Assembly (NCBI GenBank): GCA_018649885.1
Contig: JABIHA010000035.1
Coordinates: 1-64,000 of the forward strand
DNA length: 64,000 nucleotides
Direction: 5' to 3'
Origin: Bacteriovoracaceae bacterium
Lineage (GTDB): Bacteria; Bdellovibrionota; Bacteriovoracia; Bacteriovoracales; Bacteriovoracaceae
Shown: one piece after another, positions 1-8,999 of the stretch
Layout: each line of letters opens with the position of its first letter
Numbering within the stretch: position 1 is the first letter of the stretch
The notes under the pieces: generated by a model
Database searches by the model: none
The model's input: only the letters and a program-made list of their open reading frames with translations
What the model was told of the DNA's origin: nothing
Program-made: the position numbers and the translations under genes

Positions 1-42
1 AACACTTTTTAATAATTTATCATCACTCATTTTCTCAATCAT
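1..42 (-). CDS. 5' end of a gene running off the window (MIEKMSDDKLLKSV...), possibly HNH/DUF222-like family
   Basis: GGAGG RBS (52-56, minus strand) 9 nt before ATG at 42; 14 open codons to the edge; family guess rests only on the N-terminal pattern. Confidence 0.35.
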   Translation of the reverse strand, partial: MIEKMSDDKLLKSV

Positions 43-698
43 CACTTCTAACCTCCAAGCGCTCCAGCAGCTTACCACGTTTTTACCGCCCAAATACTGC
101 ACCCATAAAGTACTGCTAGGGCCACTGCACTTTAAATTTAATTAGGGATGCTGAATAATTTTAGTGAAGTACCACCAAGGCTATTCTAAGGAGTATAGCA
201 CCCCCTAAAAAGAATCTCATTTCCATTTCCCCCTCTCAAAATAGAAAGGGAAATCATCTCTCAAGCACTTTTTTCAAATAAAACCTATCACCAAAGTCAG
301 CATTTCCAGAATTGAAATTCCTCCCCCAACCCTTTCCATAAAAGCAATCCACAAAACCAGATAGCAACTACAAAATACCCACATCACAAAACTCATCAAA
401 ACAACTCTAAACAATATCGTGATAAAAGGGCCGCCACCCAACTAAACCTGAAACTCAACCTCCCCACGGGCCGTGATTCCGATTTTTTTTAATATATGTA
501 CAAATATTTGACAATATTTCTAATAAGTACCAATAGGTGAAAGCACTATTCTTATCGTACTCTAAAATTTTTCAATCATTAGTTAACTACCAAAAACATA
601 GCACTGACCAACATTGTTCAAAATGGGCCATAGATCTTTTTCAAGGCCACTTATGTAGATTCTCGATTTCCATTACGATTGGAGAGCACAATTAATTC

Positions 699-836
699 TC
701 AAGGAGTTTCTAATGAAAAAAGTTGTAATTTTATTTCTTGTAAAAGCTCTCTACTTGTAGCTTCTTCAAGGCACTGATTTGCAAATGACTGTATGGAAAA
801 TATTCCCAGTATTATTATCAATAAAATTTTATTCAT
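699..836 (-). CDS. small secreted hypothetical protein, possibly a truncated remnant
   Basis: AAGGAG RBS, signal peptide MNKILLIIILGIFSIQSFA, only 45 aa. Confidence 0.4.
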   Translation of the reverse strand: MNKILLIIILGIFSIQSFANQCLEEATSRELLQEIKLQLFSLETP

Positions 837-1325
837 ACTTTCTCCTTTTTTAACTGTTATTAAGTTAGTAGCAAAACTCACTAACTTCCTCGTTATCGTT
901 GAAAATAGAAAGACATATTTAATAGTATTTTAGTGTTTGGTAACAATTCTAAAGAGTATTGAGAATACACAGTTAGACTTTTGGAACATGGAAATGTTCT
1001 AATTTCCATGAAGATCGTGGTCCGCCAGCAGAGGAAATTGCTGAAAATTTTGAATATGATTTTGATCAAATTTATTGGTAGGGTAGAGGTGCATCCATTT
1101 TTGAAATAACCCCCTCTGATTTTCGCTAGCTTGCAGTAAACCTACATTTTTAGGCGCCATGAAATGGGGACCTTGGGCGCCCGGGGAGGGTCCAAATTGA
1201 GATGGCCTTTTTGAGGCCGTCGATAATTAAGGAGGTATTTTACCTTCTCTTTGGTTAAAATTATTAATAATTCATGTACAAACTAGGGAGATACCTTCAA
1301 AATATATTTTGGTATGGAGGTATTT

Positions 1326-1736
1326 GTGAAATTATTTTTGACGACTTTGATGATTACATTCTCAGCATCTTTATTTGCAGCTTCGGGATATGACCTGACA
1401 ATGGAAATATCCGTCGATGGGAAAGTTGTTTCAACAGCAATGATCAAAGTTTTAGAGGGGCAGAAGGCGACAATGACCAAGAAAACTATGGAAGAGGACA
1501 GTCGAACTGAGAAGTTAACGGAGATTACTGTTGTCGCCAGAGAGGGACAGATGAGTGATCATAAAGGCATTTTGCTTGATATTGAAATTGGTCACACCAA
1601 TGGTCAGGCAAGGTCAATTGTATCTAAACCACAGATTCTTGTACAAAATGGAAAAGAAACTCTTTTTGAAACACATGAAGATGGTGGAAAGAATAAGCTT
1701 TCCCTAAAGATTGTAGCTACCAGAACGACTATCTAA
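1326..1736 (+). CDS. secreted hypothetical protein
   Basis: GGAGG RBS before GTG 1326; signal peptide ending SASLFA; beta-rich mature region. Confidence 0.75.
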   Translation: MKLFLTTLMITFSASLFAASGYDLTMEISVDGKVVSTAMIKVLEGQKATMTKKTMEEDSRTEKLTEITVVAREGQMSDHKGILLDIEIGHTNGQARSIVSKPQILVQNGKETLFETHEDGGKNKLSLKIVATRTTI

Positions 1737-1875
1737 AACTGGTACCACTTAACTTTTTACGCAATTCCCAATACCCCTTTCTAGGCCTTATGTCCGATAC
1801 TGCGATTTTGAATCCCTAGTGAAATTAAGTGAGGATTTTTATGCATTTGATCGTAAAAAGTGACGTACCAGTTTT
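1735..1875. repeat. 141-bp intergenic element bounded by imperfect inverted repeats (dispersed repeat family)
   Basis: AAAACTGGTACCACTTAACTTTTTACG (1735-1761) versus CGTAAAAAGTGACGTACCAGTTTT (1852-1875). Confidence 0.7.
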
Positions 1876-1913
1876 CTAAAAGGTCCTCTTCTCTGGACCT
1901 CGTATCACGCACA

Positions 1914-2852
1914 TTATTCCACTTTTCCAATTTTTATAATTTCGACCAATTCTGAAAAATAACTTACAGAATTCCCTGGCTCATTTATCGTAATTTTATT
2001 TGAAAATAAATTTGTATTATTCTCTGGGTTAAATCTCACATAAAGATTGAAATGAGTTTGATTAAATGAACCGGCCAGGGTTTTTAAGGCCAAAGTATAA
2101 GTAAATTTATCGCTCGAATAACGACACTTAAACAGAGTGATTGTTGAATATTGAGAGATTTTTTCACCGCTGTATTTTTTGGGGAACCGATTTTTTTGAG
2201 CAGCCGGATAAAAATCCTTTTTATCATAACTAATCGCTTGATATTTTCCCAAACAAACCTGAAACCCCATGGATCCAATATCATTGGCGAATTCCTTTTT
2301 CACAGGTTTTGTTGGCTCTAGAACTATTGATGATGTAGCAATAATTTCACTAAATTTATCTGGGTTATAACTTTCTATGCTAAGTTCAATTCTTTTTACA
2401 TTTAAGCTTGTTGCTTTCGCTTGTTTATTTTGCAAACTAAACTCTCTGTCTGCGTTGTCATAAATGGATTTATAGCGACTATAATATCCCAGGCCAGCAC
2501 TTTCTATTTTATTTTTGAAATCAACCTCAATTTTATATCCATAACATTCTGGAACCGGTGAGGAATAAATGTCATAAAAACAACCTCTATAAAATACGAT
2601 AGATTCATTTAATTTCCAGCTCGAAAGACCCTTTTTTGAATTTATTTCTGTTTTCAGTTTGAGCCAATTCCAAGTTGGATAGCCAGAACCTGTATGATCT
2701 TGAAAACGATAAGATAGATGCCCATCTTTTAAACCTAAATTCAATTTTTTATCACCTTCAACTTTGGTGTTAAAACTTAGATCAAATTGACTAGCGTGAG
2801 CCGTTTGATAAAGCATAGATATTAAAACAAAATTGATCATAGAAATTTTCAT
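1914..2852 (-). CDS. secreted hypothetical protein
   Basis: AGGAGA RBS, signal peptide ending QTAHA, 312-aa ORF. Confidence 0.75.
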   Translation of the reverse strand: MKISMINFVLISMLYQTAHASQFDLSFNTKVEGDKKLNLGLKDGHLSYRFQDHTGSGYPTWNWLKLKTEINSKKGLSSWKLNESIVFYRGCFYDIYSSPVPECYGYKIEVDFKNKIESAGLGYYSRYKSIYDNADREFSLQNKQAKATSLNVKRIELSIESYNPDKFSEIIATSSIVLEPTKPVKKEFANDIGSMGFQVCLGKYQAISYDKKDFYPAAQKNRFPKKYSGEKISQYSTITLFKCRYSSDKFTYTLALKTLAGSFNQTHFNLYVRFNPENNTNLFSNKITINEPGNSVSYFSELVEIIKIGKVE

Positions 2853-3082
2853 CTTATCTCCTGACATTGGAAAATCATTATTTGGTTTAGTACAATAATT
2901 TAATCAATTTGCAATCATAATAAAATGAATGGACTCAATACGAGACCAAATAGTAATTAAAAATGCGTTCAACTTTAATCATACTTTAATGATAGTTGTT
3001 TTAACTAGGTTTCGACTTGAAAATATTGAATTACTACAAGCTAGTTAAATTTTTAACAGAGTTTCGGAAAGAGATACCAGCC

Positions 3083-4879
3083 TTAAGCTGCCAATCCTTT
3101 TTTTATTAGAAGTGCCATGCAGTCTTTATATTTTCTCTTTTTTGCATACCAAAGTGCACTTCTTCCTTTTTGATCTTTGGCATGAATATTAAAGCCTTTG
3201 TTAATAATGAGATCCAGGATTTCTAAATTTCCAGTTCCCGCTGCATACATCACTGGAGTTATACCTTTATTATCTACAAAATTAACTCGGTCAACCTTAT
3301 CCAGAAGGTATTGGCAGATCTCAATATTAGCAGTGCGTATGGCAATCACGAGAGGAGGGTTACCCTCCTCATCAACTTCTTTTAAACTAAATTTTTTTTC
3401 TTCAAAGAGTTTAAAAATGTCAAGTGACCCTCCTGCAGCCACATAATGAGCTATGGAGCGGCCATCTTTGCTTCTAAAGGTTAGGTTACAAAATTTATCA
3501 AGTTGTTTTTTGACTTCCTCAATATCGAGTTCTAAGGCAGCTAACATAATACAGGTCTGTCCTAATTTATTTTTGCGATCGAGAATATCTCGTTTTAATT
3601 TTTCAAGCTCTGTTTTTTTGACATATTTGGGAGTTTTATTTTTCGACTCCTGCGAAAGATCAGCTGGAGGGAGATCGTCATTAGAGCTTTCGACGGGAAT
3701 TTTCTCGTTCTTTGGAGGAAGGGATTTAATCTTCAAAATTTCATTGGGGTCATGGCCCTCAATTTTGCCTTTGACTCGTTGTAATGATTCTTTTACTGCA
3801 GCAGAGCTGAGGCGTTGAATAGCATCATCACTATAATTTTCCCCCTTGATGATTTCTGCAGCACACTGTTTAAAATAATCCTCTAGTCCTTTAATTTCGG
3901 TGATAATTTCCCCCCTGTCTTCTAAGCAGCTGATGTGACTAATTTTCTCTTCTATCTTTTTCTTTATTGCACTAATTATTTGTGGACTGAGTTCATCAAT
4001 AAGAGATTCTAAATTATGTAGGGGGCCCTCATCTTCTAGCTGACTTCCAGATACAGTGGTGCTCTGCTCATCCTCTTCACCACCACCAGATGCAGTGGTG
4101 CTCTGCTCATTCTCATCACCACCACCAGATACAGTGGTGCTCTGCTCATCCTCTTCACCACCACCAGATACAGTGGTGCTCTGCTCATCCTCTTCACCAC
4201 CACCAGATGCAGTGGTGCTCTGCTCATCCTCATCACCACCAGATACAGTGCTCTTTTCTTCTTGGCCAGATTCACCCAGTGATTTTATTAGAGCTGATTC
4301 CTCTTCAACTACATCACCCATTTTCGAGAAAACATCTCCCCGTTTTTCTTTGATTCCCGCCAAGGCATTTCTAATTTCTTCGAAGGCGTGATTAATTTGC
4401 GGCGTATTCATCGCTTTTATTTTTTCATCACAATACTTTTCAAAATCAATCATATTGGTGTTGGGAAAGTCGCGATTAATAATTATTTCTAAATTGTTGA
4501 CCATTTCTTTGAATTCGACTTTTTTTAATGTATTGAAGAGAAATAACTGAAATTCGTCATTGGAAATAGGTTTTTTCTTTACCCCCCAAAAGAAAAGAGA
4601 CATTTTTTTCTTATACTTCTCATCCATTTTCTCATTCATAATGGCCACAGGAATGGGAATCCCCGCTTTTGTCACATGCTCAACAAAAGTGAAACCATGC
4701 TTGCCCTTAATAACAATATCGATCACAGAAAAAATGCAATTCGCTTGTTCAGCGTGAGTAATGCCCTCTTCAATGCTTTCTTTTAATACAATGGGGTAAT
4801 TGTATATTTTTCCAATGGAGCCAATGTACTCCTTTATAGCGGGGTCTGAATCAACGATAAGAATTTCTCTTTCTGTCAT
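3083..4879 (-). CDS. atypical receiver domain + acidic repeat linker + C-terminal ankyrin repeat protein
   Basis: N-terminal ILIVDSD...VIDIV...KKP receiver pattern; C-terminal GQTCIMLAA, GRSIAHYVAA, GNPPLVIAI, GITPVMYAA, GRSALWYA ankyrin repeats. Confidence 0.85.
   Translation of the reverse strand: MTEREILIVDSDPAIKEYIGSIGKIYNYPIVLKESIEEGITHAEQANCIFSVIDIVIKGKHGFTFVEHVTKAGIPIPVAIMNEKMDEKYKKKMSLFFWGVKKKPISNDEFQLFLFNTLKKVEFKEMVNNLEIIINRDFPNTNMIDFEKYCDEKIKAMNTPQINHAFEEIRNALAGIKEKRGDVFSKMGDVVEEESALIKSLGESGQEEKSTVSGGDEDEQSTTASGGGEEDEQSTTVSGGGEEDEQSTTVSGGGDENEQSTTASGGGEEDEQSTTVSGSQLEDEGPLHNLESLIDELSPQIISAIKKKIEEKISHISCLEDRGEIITEIKGLEDYFKQCAAEIIKGENYSDDAIQRLSSAAVKESLQRVKGKIEGHDPNEILKIKSLPPKNEKIPVESSNDDLPPADLSQESKNKTPKYVKKTELEKLKRDILDRKNKLGQTCIMLAALELDIEEVKKQLDKFCNLTFRSKDGRSIAHYVAAGGSLDIFKLFEEKKFSLKEVDEEGNPPLVIAIRTANIEICQYLLDKVDRVNFVDNKGITPVMYAAGTGNLEILDLIINKGFNIHAKDQKGRSALWYAKKRKYKDCMALLIKKGLAA
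4047..4253. repeat. 39-bp coding tandem repeat, about 5.4 copies (SGGGEEDEQSTT[V/A])
   Basis: CCAGAT[A/G]CAGTGGTGCTCTGCTCAT[C/T]CTC[T/A]TCACCACCA units starting at 4047, 4086, 4125, 4164 and 4203 (last unit 36 bp). Confidence 0.95.
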
Positions 4880-4946
4880 TTTTTCCTATTTATTTGCAAC
4901 TCAATAAAATGGCTTTAAGTTAAATAGATATTGTTATACTCAATAA

Positions 4947-4974
4947 CTTTCGTCGAAAGTACTAAGGATCTTTA
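4947..4974 (-). promoter_or_regulatory. sigma28/FliA-like promoter for the receiver-ankyrin gene
   Basis: minus strand TAAAG-N15-GACGAAAG. Confidence 0.5.
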
Positions 4975-5195
4975 AGAAAATAGCAGAAATATTGGGATTT
5001 ACAGGAAAAGAAAAATATTTTTGCCAACAGGTGCTAGGTAGGTCCTCGAGCAATATTTCTGCAGGTGGAAGACATCATTTCGCTCAATTAAAATCAGGAC
5101 GTAACAAATGCTGGGGGAATAAATTACCATGGGTAATCCATTGAATTTATAGTAAAACCACCAAAAAACATATCAATTGGTGTATACTGTCGTGT

Positions 5196-6050
5196 ATGGC
5201 AAAAAGATGTGAAGTATCGACACTAGCGCTATTGTTCTTATTCCTCTTTTTGAGCTCATGTTCTCTTTTGAGAATAGAGTTAACAGAAAGAGAAATACTA
5301 ACTTCTTTTGGGCAACCTCAGCAACACCAACTTGAAAAAGAGTTCTCTATTTTAGTTTGGAATGTTTACAAGGAACAAAAAGAAAACTGGCAAACTGAAT
5401 ATAGAAAATTAAAAGGGAATTATGATATTCATATTTTTCAAGAAGCAATGTGTTGCCAGACAAAACCAGAGCGAGGTTATCAGCAAGTATTTGCCAAGTC
5501 TTTCATATATACAAATACAGGTGTTGCTACTGGTGTCTCCACTTCATCACGAGTTGGAGCAGTCTTCTCCCAATACTTGAGAAGCATAGGAAGAGAACCT
5601 ATAGTTGCAACCCCCAAAATGGCATTAATCACCAAATACTCCCTGCCTTACGGAGAGAAATTATTGGTGGCCAACATTCACTCCCTAAATTTCGTTTCAA
5701 ATAAAGAATGGGCCATGCAGCTAACTGGACTTTTGAGCAAGCTCTCTCAACACAAAGGTCCTTTACTGATTGCCGGTGACTTCAATACTTGGAATGAAGA
5801 ACGGGTGGCGACCATGCTCAAGTCAACTAATAAGTTAAGGCTTAACTCGGTTAGCTTCAATAATTCGGATACAAGACTTCGAATTTTGGGGTACCCTTTA
5901 GATCATATTTTTTATCGTGGTCTCACGGTAAAAAACGCTAACGTCATCAAGAGTAATGGCTCAGATCATCAACCTATGAGCGTTCAATTCAAAGTTAAAG
6001 CTCCAGGGCCAAGGTACGCGGGTACAAATGGCAAAAAATGTCAGATGTGA
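5196..6050 (+). CDS. endonuclease/exonuclease/phosphatase (EEP) family lipoprotein, YafD-like
   Basis: WNVYK, FQEA, AGDFN, LDHIFYRGL, SDHQP motifs; LSSC lipobox. Confidence 0.9.
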   Translation: MAKRCEVSTLALLFLFLFLSSCSLLRIELTEREILTSFGQPQQHQLEKEFSILVWNVYKEQKENWQTEYRKLKGNYDIHIFQEAMCCQTKPERGYQQVFAKSFIYTNTGVATGVSTSSRVGAVFSQYLRSIGREPIVATPKMALITKYSLPYGEKLLVANIHSLNFVSNKEWAMQLTGLLSKLSQHKGPLLIAGDFNTWNEERVATMLKSTNKLRLNSVSFNNSDTRLRILGYPLDHIFYRGLTVKNANVIKSNGSDHQPMSVQFKVKAPGPRYAGTNGKKCQM

Positions 6051-6316
6051 GCAAACATTACTTTGCCAGCAGTTCATCTCTATATCAAGTAACCACCATT
6101 GCAGTTTGGCCAGTAACTATGATAATCGTCTCAACCGATTGTTGGTGGTCTTCCGTCCAGCGTAGAGATCGGAAAGTAGTAGATTGTGAGCTAGAGCAAT
6201 TATTAGGCAAGAGCATGCAGAGAAAGAAAGTAAAAAAGTAAAAAAGAAAAGCAGATCAAATGTAGTGGACTAAAAGTGAATACCTCCCTGGTGCGGTACC
6301 TGAATAATAGCGTATT

Positions 6317-6338
6317 ACTGGTACCACTTAACTTTTTA
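6317..6338 (+). repeat. dispersed repeat family copy
   Basis: ACTGGTACCACTTAACTTTTTA, identical to 1738-1759. Confidence 0.8.
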
Positions 6339-6409
6339 TGAAGCGCATAGCAGTAACTCTCAAGTGCTTAAAAAAATCTCTTGACCATCCAAGACGAGAA
6401 TGAGAAACA

Positions 6410-6440
6410 CTAAGTCAGAACTCAGTGAGTGGGGACTTAG
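6410..6440. promoter_or_regulatory. putative TetR operator (palindrome)
   Basis: CTAAGTCAGAACTCA-G-TGAGTGGGGACTTAG, 12/15 inverted match, directly before tetR ATG 6446. Confidence 0.6.
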
Positions 6441-6445
6441 CCAAA

Positions 6446-7030
6446 ATGGCGCTAACCAGACAACAGCAAAAAGAGAAAACTAAAACCTTACTGGTATCAG
6501 CAGGTTTAGAAATATTTGCTAAAAATGGAATCCAATCCACTAAAACATTAGATATTGCAAAGAAGGTAGGCGTCTCTCACGGCACTGTATTTGTCCATTT
6601 CCCAACCAAGAAGGACTTGCTAATTGAAATAATAGATGGTTTTGGGAGAAGTATATCTGAAGAGTTTAAAAAACTATCTGCTGATGCACACAATCTGAGA
6701 AAAATTTTAAAAATACATTTAAAAGTTATTGAAAAACATGAAAATTTTTATGCAAGGCTTTTAATCGAAAATGCCTTACTCCCAGGTGAAGTTAGGGGAA
6801 CTCTTATTAACCTCCAAACCGGAATTGCCTATTTCATCAACTCTGCTGCCAGAAATGAAATGAAAGCAGGTGACATCCAAACAATGCCAAGCCACCTCTT
6901 GTTTAATACTTGGATGGGACTAATTTCTTACTACCTATTAAACAAAGATATATTTGCAGGTGAAAAGTCTGTCATTAAAACCAAGGGAAATGAAATATTA
7001 AATCATTTCTTGAAACTAATTAAGCTCTAA
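6446..7030 (+). CDS. TetR/AcrR family transcriptional regulator
   Basis: TRQQQKEKTK...DIAKKVGVSHGTVFVHFPTKKDL helix-turn-helix. Confidence 0.95.
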   Translation: MALTRQQQKEKTKTLLVSAGLEIFAKNGIQSTKTLDIAKKVGVSHGTVFVHFPTKKDLLIEIIDGFGRSISEEFKKLSADAHNLRKILKIHLKVIEKHENFYARLLIENALLPGEVRGTLINLQTGIAYFINSAARNEMKAGDIQTMPSHLLFNTWMGLISYYLLNKDIFAGEKSVIKTKGNEILNHFLKLIKL

Positions 7031-7044
7031 CAAGGAGATTACAA

Positions 7045-7296
7045 ATGGATATGAAATGCCCAAGCTGTGGTTCATGTGGAATGCCAATGGAAAAACCAGA
7101 ACATTTTGGAGGAGGTGAAGCAAGTAATACTCATTGTGTTCACTGCACCAATGAGCAGGGAGTTCTACTCCCATATGAGGTTATCTTAAAGGGAAATGCT
7201 GAATACTACCAGAAAGAACAAGGTCTTGATCAAGAAGCCGCCTTAAAATATGCAACTGATTTCTTGGGTTCATTACCTACCTGGAAAAACAGTTAG
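7045..7296 (+). CDS. zinc ribbon domain protein (Zn_ribbon_2-like)
   Basis: CGSCGMPM...HCVHC, LPTWK C-terminus; AAGGAG RBS; follows tetR. Confidence 0.85.
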   Translation: MDMKCPSCGSCGMPMEKPEHFGGGEASNTHCVHCTNEQGVLLPYEVILKGNAEYYQKEQGLDQEAALKYATDFLGSLPTWKNS

Positions 7297-7603
7297 AATA
7301 ATATCTCTAATCATAAAGGGTTTCCTTTTATGGATTCCCTTTAAGATATTTTGAGAACATCTTCTCATTTTTCTTCAATGATCTCAATAGGGCACCTATC
7401 TTTAAATGCTGCGCTTAAACCACCGGGACTTGTGAGTATTGAAGACTTTTAAGTTACTAAATGGTATTTCTGAAGTCTATGGTTACACTTTTGTAACCGT
7501 TAATTGCTCTATTTCCCATGTAAGAAATTCAGAAAGTAAAAGTATTTTTTTACTCCATGGTAAATATTGGTCAGCACAAAAATTATCTACCCCGGAGGTT
7601 ACC

Positions 7604-8095
7604 ATGACTAAGTTTCTAGTTTTGATTGCTTTATTTATTCAATACTCACTACCTGCATTTGCCAATCAAACAACTCAGTTAAGTGATGAAGAAAAACTGC
7701 TCACTATTCGCGAAATTAAGGCCGAGTACAGTGAGCTCGACAAAGATCAAAGAGCTGAGTTTGCAAAATCCATTTTTGTAGATTTTCTTTTCCAACAAGA
7801 AGATGGATATATCTATAAAAGGGATATCAAATTCATTGAAGATTCTCTTGAAAGAGGTGCTGTAACGGACCAAACATTTGATAAATCTTGGGATCAATTG
7901 GATCGAAAAGAGAAAAAATTTATCAGATTATTAGGAAAAGGTAGAGTTTTAAGTCGAGCAAATATTCGAGACAATAGTGGTGAAATTATTTCCGGAACAA
8001 TTATTGCCATTATGGCAACACTTGTAATTATCAGTGCCAAACACACAAATTTAAATGGTATAGGTTTTGATTTCTCAGGAACAAATACATTTTAG
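7604..8095 (+). CDS. secreted/membrane hypothetical protein
   Basis: GGAGG RBS at 7594-7598, signal peptide ending LPAFA, C-terminal hydrophobic helix. Confidence 0.75.
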   Translation: MTKFLVLIALFIQYSLPAFANQTTQLSDEEKLLTIREIKAEYSELDKDQRAEFAKSIFVDFLFQQEDGYIYKRDIKFIEDSLERGAVTDQTFDKSWDQLDRKEKKFIRLLGKGRVLSRANIRDNSGEIISGTIIAIMATLVIISAKHTNLNGIGFDFSGTNTF

Positions 8096-8109
8096 AAGAT
8101 ATAATTAAA

Positions 8110-8135
8110 ACTGCTCACAAACTCTTGTGAGCAGT
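8110..8135. terminator. hairpin, probable intrinsic terminator between convergent genes
   Basis: ACTGCTCACAA-ACTC-TTGTGAGCAGT, perfect 11-bp stem. Confidence 0.7.
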
Positions 8136-8163
8136 CCCTGCAAAAAAATTGGTACCAGTTTGA

Positions 8164-8748
8164 CTAGGGGCCAGCTCGGTCTATACTCAGTGGGATATCT
8201 CTACTGATTGGTTCTTGGAAAATTATATTATATTTATCTCTAAAGAGCTCAACTTCGGCTTCAAACTCAGAAAACTCAAAATACTTTTGACCAAAATAGG
8301 CAACCCTCAAGCCCTGTCCCTTGTAGTTACATGTAAAACTTAAGCTTTGAGAGCACTCATTAACACATTTGATAGCATCTAATTGATCTCGTCGATCCAT
8401 TTCTTTTTGATAAATCCTTTCCGCTTTTTTCAATTTTCTTGAAGAACTCTATGTAAGTAATAAATTAGCAAGCTCCTCTCCAAAATGCTTGGCTATATAA
8501 TCAAATTTATACATTGAGTACATTTCTTTAATATCTAACTTGATAACTTTTTGATGTGCTATCTGTCCTTGTACAAAAAATTCCCAGGCAGCACTACAGT
8601 GAAGCAAATTATTTTGGTAACTCTGTTCCACCAATGCCAATACCTCTGCTTCGATTAACTCTGGACAAGCAGATATTGCAAGTGAAGAAAACCATGACAA
8701 GTAAATAGCGAATAGACTTTTAGTAAACCACACTACTTTAATCGGCAA
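8164..8748 (-). pseudogene. secreted hypothetical gene interrupted by an in-frame TAG
   Basis: ORFs 8449-8748 and 8164-8433 share a frame, joined by ...ANLLLT*SSSRKLKKAER. Confidence 0.6.
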
Positions 8749-8789
8749 ATGAGCAAAAAAGTAAACCTATTTAGGCTGATACGGAAATA

Positions 8790-8856
8790 TTCTTAGTAAA
8801 ATCAAGCATGGATTTTTGCGTATTCGATCGTAAAAGATGACATGGTACCAGTTTTT
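8790..8856 (-). repeat. dispersed repeat family copy (homologous to 1812-1875)
   Basis: TAGTAAAATCAAGCATGGATTTTTGCGTATTCGATCGTAAAAGATGACATGGTACCAGTTTT aligns with TAGTGAAATTAAGTGAGGATTTTTATGCATTTGATCGTAAAAAGTGACGTACCAGTTTT. Confidence 0.75.
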
Positions 8857-8999
8857 ACTGCCAATTATGGATGGCTATATAATTTTTGTTTTCAAGTGAT
8901 AACTATCTGAGTTTATATGACACCTCTTCAATTTTGGAGTGGAAATATTCCTGAGTTATAATTCACACCTTAGCTTTCTTTAACCACGGGATGTAGGAA

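Noticed and set aside
1735..1875. Integron attC site
   Set aside because: AAC...GTT ends and position at a stop codon are suggestive, but ends do not fit RYYYAAC/GTTRRRY, neighbouring genes are not co-oriented and no intI is seen
4047..4253. 39-bp repeat as a CRISPR array
   Set aside because: Units are contiguous with no unique spacers, stay in frame within a CDS, and no cas genes are present
4036..4391. Repetitive ORFs 4036-4275, 4056-4391 and 4090-4353 (His- or Ser/Pro-rich)
   Set aside because: Shadow frames of the tandem repeat inside the 3083-4879 gene
6038..6241. 67-aa ORF after the EEP gene, and ORFs 27052-27282 and 27276-27500
   Set aside because: No RBS or motif; probably spurious
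8449..8451. Pyrrolysine or recoded TAG
   Set aside because: TAG is a normal stop for many genes here and no pyl genes are visible
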